A stretch of 64,000 nucleotides of DNA from the IMG/VR virus record IMGVR_UViG_3300028800_000066, positions 8,207 to 72,206 of that record. One strand, 5' to 3'. Below, one piece after another: positions 39,970 through 47,826 of this stretch (positions are counted from its first letter, which is position 1; each line of letters opens with the position of its first letter). The DNA is from a virus. Taxonomy: Duplodnaviria; Heunggongvirae; Uroviricota; Caudoviricetes. The position numbers and the translations under genes are program-made. Below the pieces are notes generated by a model. That model was not told the DNA's origin and did no database searches. It saw nothing but the letters and a program-made list of their open reading frames with translations.

Positions 39970-39986
39970 ATTTCTTACTATGAAAC

Positions 39987-40060
39987 TGGAGCGGGGTGCG
40001 GGAATTGAACCCGCGCATCATCCTTGGCAAGGACGTAGGCTACCATTACATCAACCCCGC
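39987..40060 (-). tRNA. tRNA-Gly (GCC), CCA encoded
   Basis: Loop TTGCCAA. Confidence 0.75.
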
Positions 40061-40061
40061 A

Positions 40062-40259
40062 TTATTGTTTCTTAAACTTTTTATTGAACTCTTTGATAAC
40101 ATCTTTCATTACTATTTCAGAACTTTTTTGAAATAAAACAGATATCAAACTAATTCTTCCAACGTTATAATCGTGTATCTTTAAAAATCTTCTAGTTTTG
40201 GTTTCATAGATGGATGTATAAGCAACCGCCTTAACCATTTGTTCATATGAGATTTCCAT
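40062..40259 (-). CDS. hypothetical small protein
   Basis: ORF. Confidence 0.35.
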   Translation of the reverse strand: MEISYEQMVKAVAYTSIYETKTRRFLKIHDYNVGRISLISVLFQKSSEIVMKDVIKEFNKKFKKQ

Positions 40260-40354
40260 AAATACCTCTGAGCACCTTTGGGAAATCTAACGTCTTCTGT
40301 ATTTTCTTCCATGACCTTTGTTTAAACTTCCGAAGGAATGCAATTTGTTATCGG

Positions 40355-40425
40355 AGCTTGGTAGGAGAATTGAACTCCTGAATGTTCAATACCAATGAAC
40401 TATGATACCACTTCATCAACCAAGC
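40355..40425 (-). tRNA. tRNA-Thr (GGT)
   Basis: Loop TTGGTAT. Confidence 0.75.
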
Positions 40426-40459
40426 AAGACCGTGTAATGCCACTATACTAAGGGTGCAT

Positions 40460-40666
40460 TTAAATTCTGTTCGCGTTAAACTTTCCTTGAACATAACTTG
40501 CTAAAAATTTACCTTTTGACGCACTTCTTTCGAAAGCTGTGACTAAATGTTCTGGTACACCATTATAAATATAAGTTGCACCGTTATTGTATTGAACGAA
40601 CAAATCTCCAGATTCGTATTTATATTTCAACACGCTAGAAGAACCGTGAACTGCTTTCCATTCCAT
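40460..40666 (-). CDS. hypothetical small protein
   Basis: ORF. Confidence 0.4.
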   Translation of the reverse strand: MEWKAVHGSSSVLKYKYESGDLFVQYNNGATYIYNGVPEHLVTAFERSASKGKFLASYVQGKFNANRI

Positions 40667-40854
40667 TATCTCGTCTTCCCAGGTTCGTGATAGTAGTAGC
40701 TAAAACCGCCATCTTCATCCTTTGGTGCAACTGCGTGAATCACTCGCATACCATTGGAGTCATAGGTCGCAACGCAACCAGTTTGACTAACCGCAAGAAG
40801 GAACAAACCTAGGAGAAGGAACAGCTTTATCTTTTTCATATATTTTGCTCTCAT
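40666..40854 (-). CDS. small lipoprotein
   Basis: LLAVSQTGC lipobox. Confidence 0.4.
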   Translation of the reverse strand: MRAKYMKKIKLFLLLGLFLLAVSQTGCVATYDSNGMRVIHAVAPKDEDGGFSYYYHEPGKTR

Positions 40855-41110
40855 AATAATCTGGATGCCAGCATTTCTTGTTAACTCGCCTTCCTTTTTT
40901 ATCTATATAAGATATAATGTCGGGACAAGTTCCGTGTCCAGCCTGTTTTACTTTACCTTGAAGATTTAACTTCGCAAGTGCTTTCAAAACCAAAGGTTCT
41001 TTGGTCTTAAACTTTTTTGTGAGAAATTCTTTCCTCACACTTGAATTATTGCGAAGTTCTTTTTCAATTTTTTCACAAAGAACTTCAACTGGGTCAAGTT
41101 TCTTTTTCAT
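40787..41110 (-). CDS. hypothetical basic protein
   Basis: ORF. Overlaps the downstream ORF. Confidence 0.4.
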   Translation of the reverse strand: MKKKLDPVEVLCEKIEKELRNNSSVRKEFLTKKFKTKEPLVLKALAKLNLQGKVKQAGHGTCPDIISYIDKKGRRVNKKCWHPDYYESKIYEKDKAVPSPRFVPSCG

Positions 41111-41112
41111 AG

Positions 41113-41183
41113 AGCGAGATGAGGGAATCGAACCCTCGCATTCTGCTTGGAAGGCAGACAGGCTACCATTACATCAATCTCGC
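41113..41183 (-). tRNA. tRNA-Gly (TCC)
   Basis: Loop CTTCCAA. Confidence 0.75.
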
Positions 41184-41296
41184 ATTGCGGCCAAACGCTT
41201 CCTTTTCGGAAGTAAGGGTTCCCCTCTGGATTATTCGCGGAAACCCTCGTGGTATTCCAGCACCACATTTCATTCGGCATAAAGTATTTCGCTGGA

Positions 41297-41370
41297 TGGA
41301 GCGGGATGCGAGAATCGAACTCGCGTATCAAGTTTGGAAAACTCGTGTTCTGCCACTGAACTAATCCCGC
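41297..41370 (-). tRNA. tRNA-Gly (TCC), second copy, CCA encoded
   Basis: Loop TTTCCAA. Body sequence differs from the first copy. Confidence 0.75.
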
Positions 41371-41470
41371 ATTACCCATTTTCTTCCAACAGTATGGGTG
41401 ACTGGTTATAGAACCAAACTGGGCTTAAGGAGTTAACAGCTTCTCAATTATTCCAAGTCTGGTGGGAAGA

Positions 41471-42325
41471 TTATTCAAGATGTTCAACTACACTTCTCAA
41501 GATTTTAGCGGTGGTCTGTCTCAAAGTTCTGTGATGTTTAACCACGCCATAACCATGATACTCTTTATTCATTTCAATCAAAAGCTTGTGAGCGGCTTCC
41601 CTATCTGGACCATGAGGAAGTTGAGTCTTTGTATAAAGTTCATCACAAAGAGCTTCGAGCCTTTTTGCTTCTTCTAGAAAACGTTCCTTGCTCCATTCAC
41701 CCTTTTTGACGGTTAGAACAAGCTGGTTTTCTTTTAGAGGAAGCGTGATTTTGCCAGTTGACAAAAGCTCATTAGCCTCAAGATACAATCTAAGAGCGTG
41801 AGAAGCCATCTTAGTATCATATCCAAACTTCTGAATCAATTCTTGTCTTCCACTTCCATTATCTTCGCCACGCTGTAGTCTCTGGACCTGAGTGTGGCTA
41901 TAACCTTTAAAGCTGTGATAGCTTTTCTTGGACAAGAAGATTTCTTTGTTATCAAAAAGCTTCTGCCCTAGAGGATGTACGTATAACCTGCAATTCTCCG
42001 GAACAAATAATGTTTCTAAAGTATTCGGATTGTTATTTAGAAGCAATTCCATAAACTTTGGAAGTGCATACAATGTGCAATCCATATCAGCGGAAGTATT
42101 CTTCTTTCCAGAACCCGTATCGTTGGTTCTGAATTCTACCTGTTCGATGTTCTTCAATCCCAAAAGATACTCTTCGTCAGGCATGAATACACCAACAAAG
42201 TCCTGGTCGCTCTTGCCTGGGATATTGGTTCCATACATGACCGACCCAACACGTAGGAATAGCAAGCAGTTTTCGACTGCCATCTTCCTCTCGACTGTGT
42301 TTTGTAGAAGTTCTGTATGTTTCAT
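41471..42325 (-). CDS. Pol-beta superfamily nucleotidyltransferase
   Basis: GSVMYGTNIPGKSDQDFVGVF (GS...[DE]xD nucleotidyltransferase signature). Driven by consensus promoter P1. Confidence 0.55.
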   Translation of the reverse strand: MKHTELLQNTVERKMAVENCLLFLRVGSVMYGTNIPGKSDQDFVGVFMPDEEYLLGLKNIEQVEFRTNDTGSGKKNTSADMDCTLYALPKFMELLLNNNPNTLETLFVPENCRLYVHPLGQKLFDNKEIFLSKKSYHSFKGYSHTQVQRLQRGEDNGSGRQELIQKFGYDTKMASHALRLYLEANELLSTGKITLPLKENQLVLTVKKGEWSKERFLEEAKRLEALCDELYTKTQLPHGPDREAAHKLLIEMNKEYHGYGVVKHHRTLRQTTAKILRSVVEHLE

Positions 42326-42354
42326 TGTTACACCAAAAACATGATTGTAAAGCT

Positions 42355-42383
42355 ATTATATCACAAATCTAAAAATTTGTCAA
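42355..42383 (-). promoter_or_regulatory. consensus sigma70 promoter P1 (TTGACA-17-TGaTATAAT)
   Basis: rc: gcTTGACAaatttttagatttgTGaTATAATagc. Confidence 0.75.
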
Positions 42384-42398
42384 GCTTATTCTTAGCAT

Positions 42399-42800
42399 CT
42401 AAGCCTCAACAGTTTCAAGTCTGCCACGAACCATTAGAGCTACTTTGTTAAGTTTTTCTAGTTGTTTAATTTCTTTTTCATTAATCAAACCCAAAGAAAG
42501 GTTCGCGCCACCCTTACGGAATGTGAATGTTCCAGTAAAGACGCCTTTCTCTATAAGCAATTCCTTTATAATGTTAAGCATTTCGGAAGCGCGAACTTCA
42601 TATTGTGTTCCATTGGTCTGTGAAACAACATGAAAACCAGCCGCACTTCTTCCTCTGTAAACTCCCTCAACCTTTAAAGTATCTTCGAAAAAGAAATTGT
42701 CTCTTTCAGTTCTGTTATTATAACTATCCCATCGTTGCATGTTTCCGTCATCACCAAACGGGATTTTGTATGTGGTCTTGTTGGGAGCGATGATTTTCAT
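42399..42800 (-). CDS. hypothetical protein
   Basis: ORF. Confidence 0.5.
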   Translation of the reverse strand: MKIIAPNKTTYKIPFGDDGNMQRWDSYNNRTERDNFFFEDTLKVEGVYRGRSAAGFHVVSQTNGTQYEVRASEMLNIIKELLIEKGVFTGTFTFRKGGANLSLGLINEKEIKQLEKLNKVALMVRGRLETVEA

Positions 42801-42907
42801 ATTGTGTTTTGCTTCCGTAAGTCAATGTTTGTGTGTGACAGTTGGGACACAGAATTCTTAAATTTTCTTTTCTGTGGTCATCATGTTTTCCATTTATTCA
42901 ATTTCGG

Positions 42908-42979
42908 CAGGAGCGGTAGGAATCGAACCCACGTATTTCCTTTTGGAGAGGAATATAATAGCCGCTATATGACGCTCCT
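42908..42979 (-). tRNA. tRNA-Trp (CCA)
   Basis: Loop CTCCAAA. AT-rich D-arm. Confidence 0.7.
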
Positions 42980-43081
42980 ATTTATATAATAACATAACTC
43001 CTAAAACTGGTAATAATTTTGGATTAATTTTATTAATTCCTTTAGTTGCTAACCCTTACAATATACCCCTATACTAACGGT

Positions 43082-43267
43082 TTATCTATATTCCATTTCT
43101 TCTGGAGGAACAGTTAAAAGAACATCACCATAAACCAAAACATATTGCTGTGTTGCTCCTATATATCCATCTACTAGCCAGGAGTGGTCATATACGGCAT
43201 ACTTATCTTTAATCCAGACATAATCGCCAGTTTTAAATTCTGGTCTGCCGTATATGACTATTCCCAT
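43082..43267 (-). CDS. hypothetical small protein
   Basis: ORF. Confidence 0.35.
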   Translation of the reverse strand: MGIVIYGRPEFKTGDYVWIKDKYAVYDHSWLVDGYIGATQQYVLVYGDVLLTVPPEEMEYR

Positions 43268-43270
43268 ATT

Positions 43271-43567
43271 TTATCTCTTCGGACAATCACACCATTCTGT
43301 GTTGATGCTGTCATAATCCCATCTTGAAATTACCTTTCCATCGCCACGCATGTCGCAAACGGTATAATATTTTACACCACTATGGTCTTCTACACTCATA
43401 ATCCACCAGGGCTTAATGTGACCATGTTTCACAGCCCACATATATAAACACTGTGTCTTACCTTTGCTCGTTCTTGTCAACGCTCCACTTGCACAACCAA
43501 AACCATCGTCGGCATGTAGAAACGTTGTGGCTAACATCAGCCCAATTACCATCATTATTTTTTTCAT
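43271..43567 (-). CDS. small secreted Cys-rich protein
   Basis: Signal peptide MKKIMMVIGLMLATTFLHA. Confidence 0.45.
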   Translation of the reverse strand: MKKIMMVIGLMLATTFLHADDGFGCASGALTRTSKGKTQCLYMWAVKHGHIKPWWIMSVEDHSGVKYYTVCDMRGDGKVISRWDYDSINTEWCDCPKR

Positions 43568-43717
43568 CTTGAACCTCTTTAGTAGGATTTCCAGACAATA
43601 CTGGATGACTACGTAAGAGCAAGATTTGTGCCAATCTTAACTATGTGACTAATGGACTTTCACAATCGATACATTGCAAAATCCATTGCGATTACAAAAG
43701 TGTATGTTAATTTGCAG

Positions 43718-43802
43718 TGGGGAGAGAGGGACTTGAACCCTCACGAAGCTTGCGCCTCAACAGATTTTAAGTCTGGTGTGTCTGCCATTCCACCATCCCC
43801 CC
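43718..43802 (-). tRNA. tRNA-Leu (TAA), type II
   Basis: Loop CTTAAAA. Variable arm tgaggcgcaagcttcgt. Confidence 0.7.
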
Positions 43803-43807
43803 CAAAA

Positions 43808-44107
43808 CTATCCGTTTATTGTCTGCATCCTTACTCTATCATCGACTTCTTTTATTCTGTCGATTTCATATTCACTGGGCTGATTAAAATATGCCGTACC
43901 ATCTTCCAAAAATCTCAATTGAATATAACCTGTTCCATTTGAATATCCAATTGAATATTCGCTAACTTTTGGGGTATTAAAAATAATCCTCTCCTGCCAT
44001 CCAGCCTTTAACATAAGGCGGCGAACAATATCCATGTTTGGCATCAGTTCATCAATTCCATCCCACATCTTTGGGAGTGCATTGATTTTATCGAGTAATT
44101 CTTTCAC
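43808..44107 (-). CDS. hypothetical protein
   Basis: ORF. Confidence 0.45.
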   Translation of the reverse strand: MKELLDKINALPKMWDGIDELMPNMDIVRRLMLKAGWQERIIFNTPKVSEYSIGYSNGTGYIQLRFLEDGTAYFNQPSEYEIDRIKEVDDRVRMQTING

Positions 44108-44276
44108 GATTTCCCCAACTTAAGAGCGGACTCAATCCTCTTTCTTGTCATCCTTGATTCCCATTCGCCCTTGCTAAACATTTCAATTGTTTCTAATCTT
44201 TGATGAGCATATTTTAAAGCTGTATCTTTTTCTCGAACAGCGTTTTCCAACAAAGCGATTCTTTCTTTGTCATCCA

Positions 44277-44687
44277 TTAGCTGACATCCTGCAATCTACT
44301 AGTCTTGGATTCAAGAGTCTTTTCCAATTTCTTCTTTCCTACTTCTGAATTAATTCCCTTAAGCTTGTCAATTTCGGCTTGAAGTCTAGCCACATCACCA
44401 AGCTTACGCTTTAATTCTTTTTCCTTAGCCTTCTCTTCTTTAATTCGAAGAGCATCTAAATACTCTTGATACTTTCTGAGTCTTTCATTAAACTCTGCGT
44501 CTGTCTCTGGTCTATCAACAACTACTTCAACTCTTCCATATCCATCGTGTGAAAAAGTCAAGTCATCTAGACCACGCACGTTGGCGGCAGTTATTGCTTC
44601 CATTACATCAATAACCCTTCTTCCATTGATGCCTGGAAAAGCAACTATAACTTGTCTTACTCTATTCTTCTTCTTTGGTTCCTTCAT
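44277..44687 (-). CDS. hypothetical coiled-coil protein
   Basis: ORF. Confidence 0.5.
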   Translation of the reverse strand: MKEPKKKNRVRQVIVAFPGINGRRVIDVMEAITAANVRGLDDLTFSHDGYGRVEVVVDRPETDAEFNERLRKYQEYLDALRIKEEKAKEKELKRKLGDVARLQAEIDKLKGINSEVGKKKLEKTLESKTSRLQDVS

Positions 44688-44700
44688 GATTACCTCTCGG

Positions 44701-44788
44701 TAGTCGTGTAGGGAATCGAACCCTAGTTAGGCTGTCATCTACAGCTAGGAGTTTATAAGGCTCCCTCGGTGCCACACCTCGCACGACC
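44701..44788 (-). tRNA. 88-nt type-II tRNA with anticodon loop CTTATAA (TAT, Ile AUA, by canonical fold), identity uncertain
   Basis: Good acceptor and T arms. 22-nt variable arm with gctgt/acagc stem. AC stem has a C-A mismatch. A73. Confidence 0.5.
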
Positions 44789-44792
44789 ATGA

Positions 44793-45869
44793 TTACTGTT
44801 CTCGTTCTCTTTGTCTTTCAATGAAATTAAAAATATCTGTATTCTCTCTAAACGCTGGATTACTTCCTATCATCTCACGAAATTCCTGTTCACTTCCCAT
44901 GAACGTATATTCACATTCCATATCTTCCGACATTTCAAAGTTATGCATATTGTATAGCATTTTACTGTATTCTAATCCACCATCATCCCAACGACCCTCT
45001 CTATCCCAACCTCCCCTAGGTATGATTGAGACACAAATAAATTCATCAAAGTCTTCTCTATATTGTTCCTCATTGTCTCTGGCTCTTGCCCAATAATATC
45101 TGTGTTCTGGAGTATAACCTTCTGAAGCTATACTTGTTCCATATAATTCGGCAAGATATCTTGTAAAGCCACCACTTGAATCAAATAAAGGATGAGCGTT
45201 GAGAAGTCTTTCAGCTTCTTCTCTTGAAGCTGTTGTATAAAATTCGTGGTCCCCATCTTGTGCAAAACCAAGTTCTTGCAAAGCATTTCTTAGTGTTTGC
45301 CCAATTTCTGCATATGTTCTATAATTCATGTCATTAGTATAGCGCGTATCTATATAACCAGTTGTTTCAAATACGTTCTTCTCAGCAAATGCAAAATAAG
45401 ATACATTTGTACCATCATTCAAACGTTCTTGCGAAGCGTTTTCATCATACGTAAACAAATATCTAGCCGTAGCCTTTGAAGACCTTAGAGCGGCATTGGC
45501 TGTAGCTACTTTGCTATGAACTATAACCGCTTTTTCCCAATCAGGATATTTTGCTTTCAAGTCTTCCACTTCTTTACAAACACCAGTGGAATGTAATTCT
45601 TTAATCTTTTCAGCTAACTCTTTACCGATTCCCTTTATGGAAGTCAGTTTATCGTTCTTCAAAAACTCTTCCAAAGAAACCGTAAGAACAATTTCAGCGG
45701 CAGTTTTAACAGCCTTGATTCTGAAATGGTTAGACTTATCTAGTTTCAATAGCTTAGCAAAATCTAAAAAGGTTGCATGAGCTAGGGTGCTTAGACCAGT
45801 GCTAACTTCGTCTAAGGCGATATCATTTAATCTGCCACGTTGAACTGGAACTTTTTCTACTTTAGCCAT
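44793..45869 (-). CDS. hypothetical protein with N-terminal helix-hairpin-helix
   Basis: LTSIKGIGKELAEKI HhH motif. Rest unknown. Confidence 0.5.
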   Translation of the reverse strand: MAKVEKVPVQRGRLNDIALDEVSTGLSTLAHATFLDFAKLLKLDKSNHFRIKAVKTAAEIVLTVSLEEFLKNDKLTSIKGIGKELAEKIKELHSTGVCKEVEDLKAKYPDWEKAVIVHSKVATANAALRSSKATARYLFTYDENASQERLNDGTNVSYFAFAEKNVFETTGYIDTRYTNDMNYRTYAEIGQTLRNALQELGFAQDGDHEFYTTASREEAERLLNAHPLFDSSGGFTRYLAELYGTSIASEGYTPEHRYYWARARDNEEQYREDFDEFICVSIIPRGGWDREGRWDDGGLEYSKMLYNMHNFEMSEDMECEYTFMGSEQEFREMIGSNPAFRENTDIFNFIERQREREQ

Positions 45870-45870
45870 G

Positions 45871-45942
45871 TGCCCCTGCCAGGAGTTGAACCCGAAACTT
45901 CTCTTTAGGAAAAAGACGTGATATCCGTTTCACCACAAGGAC
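45871..45942 (-). tRNA. tRNA-Arg (CCT)
   Basis: Loop TTCCTAA. Paralog of the 46181 gene. Confidence 0.65.
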
Positions 45943-45972
45943 ATTCGGGCTTCTCGTCCCGAAGGAATTAAT

Positions 45973-46130
45973 TATCTGGAAACCGTAACTTCTGCCTTAG
46001 CATCTTCTTCCATTTGTCTCAAAGTTGCGTGAGCATTCTTAATCAACTCAGCATCCTTTGCTTCATGCTTGTGGCTGTGGGCCTTGCCACTCACTAACTC
46101 TGCCTGTAACTGTCTTGCATCTAGACACAT
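45973..46130 (-). CDS. small ORF (52 aa) between the two Arg tRNAs
   Basis: GGAG RBS 8 nt upstream of ATG. MCLDARQLQAELVSGKAHSHKHEAKDAELIKNAHATLRQMEEDAKAEVTVSR. Below the track cutoff. Confidence 0.35.
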
Positions 46131-46180
46131 ACTTTACTCCCCGATTACGCAAATTACACCAAACGAAATGTTCAGTGTTG

Positions 46181-46252
46181 TGCCTCTACTAGGAATCGAA
46201 CCTAGAACTTCTTTTTAGAAGAAAGATGTGATTTTCCGTTTCACCATAGAGA
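46181..46252 (-). tRNA. tRNA-Arg (TCT)
   Basis: Loop CTTCTAA. Confidence 0.7.
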
Positions 46253-46361
46253 CTTTTCGAAATTGCATTTTCATAGCAAAATTCTATTTTAATACCTAGA
46301 GTTCGAAATCTAATTATTAGGAGATTACAGCATGAAATGCATAAAAAGAGCAGTAACTAAG

Positions 46362-46444
46362 TGGGTTAGGAGAGACTCGAACTCTCAAGCCCTTTCGGGC
46401 ACTAGCTTCTTAGACTAGCGTGTATGCCATTCCACCACTAACCC
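46362..46444 (-). tRNA. tRNA-Leu-like type II with anticodon loop CTAAGAA (AAG)
   Basis: Paralog of tRNA-Leu(TAG) at 37969 (same D, variable and T arms). Position 34 is A instead of T. Confidence 0.55.
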
Positions 46445-46457
46445 ATATTTAAATCTG

Positions 46458-46541
46458 TGGCCCAAGTGGGACTCGAACCCACACTCCCCGAAAGGAACCA
46501 GATTTTAAGTCTAGCGCGTCTACCAATTACGCCATCGGGCC
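46458..46541 (-). tRNA. tRNA-Leu (TAA), second copy
   Basis: Loop CTTAAAA. Variable arm ttcctttcggggagt. Confidence 0.7.
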
Positions 46542-46554
46542 ATTTATAAACTTG

Positions 46555-46642
46555 TGACCAAGGAGAGATTCGAACTCTCACGCCCATTACAGGCAACGGT
46601 ATCTAAAGCCGTCATGTCTACCTATTTTTTCATCACTCGGCC
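46555..46642 (-). tRNA. type-II tRNA, probable Leu (TAG) with oversized D-loop
   Basis: Acceptor ggccgag/cttggtc (2 G-U). AC stem acggc/accgt with loop TTTAGAT. Variable arm tgcctgtaatgggcgt. Fold less certain than the others. Confidence 0.45.
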
Positions 46643-46664
46643 ATGCTTGTTGCTTTTTATATTG

Positions 46665-46748
46665 TGGGCCAGGAGGGACTTGAACCCCCACTCCCCGAAG
46701 GGAACCACATTTTGAGTGTGGCGTGTCTGCCAGTTCCACCACTAGCCC
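46665..46748 (-). tRNA. tRNA-Leu (CAA), type II
   Basis: Loop CTCAAAA. Variable arm ttcccttcggggagt. Confidence 0.75.
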
Positions 46749-46761
46749 GTTATTACTTTCG

Positions 46762-46837
46762 TGACCTCCCTCGGATTCGAACCGAGACGTAAACTAGGTT
46801 TGAGCTAGTTCCCTCTACCAAATTGGGGTAGGAGGCC
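46762..46837 (-). tRNA. tRNA with anticodon CAA (Leu UUG) but type-I short variable arm
   Basis: ggcctcc|ta|ccc..ggg|a|actag-CTCAAAC-ctagt|ttacgt|ctcgg-ttcgaat-ccgag|ggaggtc|a. A73. Confidence 0.55.
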
Positions 46838-47359
46838 GTTAACGGTTTAATCCGGTTACATCACCGTAAGTTTTATAAATCACCGGAACTTATCCCAGTC
46901 ATTAATTCGTCCACTCGTCAGACTGGGAATTGAGAGTGAGACTATTCGGCTTAGTATTTTCGTCTAATTAAATACAAATTAATTGACGAACTAGCCAAAC
47001 TTTTTATCTTTTTTATACTGCCACCCACGGTCTGCGCCTTACGGAACTATCCTTTCGGACGTTTCGCAAACTACGTGGGTTAATTAATCGGCGGGATTTG
47101 GTTATCTCTGGTAGTGGAATACGGTCCACTAAGCACAGTTATCGGTCCTGCCCCTTGCGGGTTCTCGCCAAACTTAAATCCAAGTGTGGTGCGAACCTGT
47201 CTGCCATATCCGCTCACCTATTTTCGGGTTCTATCCCTTACCGCAGACTCGACTTGGATTTAATGCGCTTTCAGCCTTGCAGTTTTGTCTCTCGACAATA
47301 CCTCGGTCCATTCCATTTCGTAGATGAAATGAGGTTTCGACTTAGTGCTGAAACTTTAA
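46838..47359 (-). ncRNA. about 520-nt non-coding, highly structured element embedded in a tRNA operon (candidate large ncRNA)
   Basis: No ORF of 60 aa or more on either strand. Flanked directly by tRNAs. Long-range complements, e.g. UUAAAUCCAAGU...ACUUGGAUUUAA, GUCUGC...GCAGAC, GGUAAGGG, and two AGAACCCG motifs. Confidence 0.45.
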
Positions 47360-47436
47360 TGGTGGTTCCGGAGGGATTCGAACCCCCTACCCTTCGGGTA
47401 GAAACCGAATGCTCTATCCAGATGAGCTACGGAACC
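47360..47436 (-). tRNA. tRNA-Arg (TCT), second copy, CCA encoded
   Basis: Loop TTTCTAC. Confidence 0.7.
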
Positions 47437-47533
47437 ATATTTTTATCTAGGTCACATTGACTTGTGTTAACCTTGGAAAAGATGGAAGCCCAACCCTATC
47501 GACAATCGGTAACTTCTCCAAGACCTAGATTCG

Positions 47534-47562
47534 ATTACTTAGGTATTATATCACATTCCCAT
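47534..47562 (-). promoter_or_regulatory. consensus sigma70 promoter P2 (TTGACA-17-TGaTATAAT) for tRNA/ncRNA array
   Basis: rc: ggcTTGACAaatttatgggaatgTGaTATAATacc. First genes downstream are tRNA-Arg 47436 and the 520-nt element. Confidence 0.75.
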
Positions 47563-47595
47563 AAATTTGTCAAGCCCTTTTATCGTTTCATAATG

Positions 47596-47669
47596 TGAAC
47601 CAGATGGGACTCGAACCCATATAACTCCCTTACGTTATCCCGCTTCGGAGGCGAGAACGGTACTGGTCC
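47596..47669 (-). pseudogene. tRNA-like element (74 nt) without a D-arm; possible tRNA pseudogene or tRNA mimic
   Basis: Good acceptor ggaccag/ctggttc and T-arm atggg-ttcgagt-cccat. The internal region folds as ctcgc-CTCCGAA-gcggg (anticodon-like CCG) enclosed by cgtt/aacg, so there is no room for a D-arm. Confidence 0.35.
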
Positions 47670-47670
47670 A

Positions 47671-47826
47671 TCACTTTTTCTTTCTAGCTTCTTTCAATCT
47701 CTTTTTTCTATCTTCGATTGCTTCTTGTAATTTCTTAGCGAATTCATCATTTCTTGGTCTGTTTCTGGATTCTGGTCTTACATTGATTTCACTTGGAATT
47801 GGTTTAATTGGCTCAATTTTATCCAT
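47671..47826 (-). CDS. small Lys/Arg-rich ORF (51 aa)
   Basis: MDKIEPIKPIPSEINVRPESRNRPRNDEFAKKLQEAIEDRKKRLKEARKKK. Immediately downstream of the kinase gene. Confidence 0.35.
   Translation of the reverse strand: MDKIEPIKPIPSEINVRPESRNRPRNDEFAKKLQEAIEDRKKRLKEARKKK

Noticed and set aside
46555-46642. tRNA-Tyr assignment from the CTGTAAT motif
   Set aside because: The GTA motif lies in the variable arm. No 5-bp stem can be drawn around it. The only consistent anticodon stem gives loop TTTAGAT.
46838-47359. RNase P RNA as identity of the 520-nt element
   Set aside because: Shares GGUAAGGG and AGAACCCG fragments with bacterial RNase P RNA, but lacks the universally conserved P4 core (GGAAAGUCCGG...ACAGAA.CCGGCUUA) in either orientation. 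Left as unassigned structured RNA.
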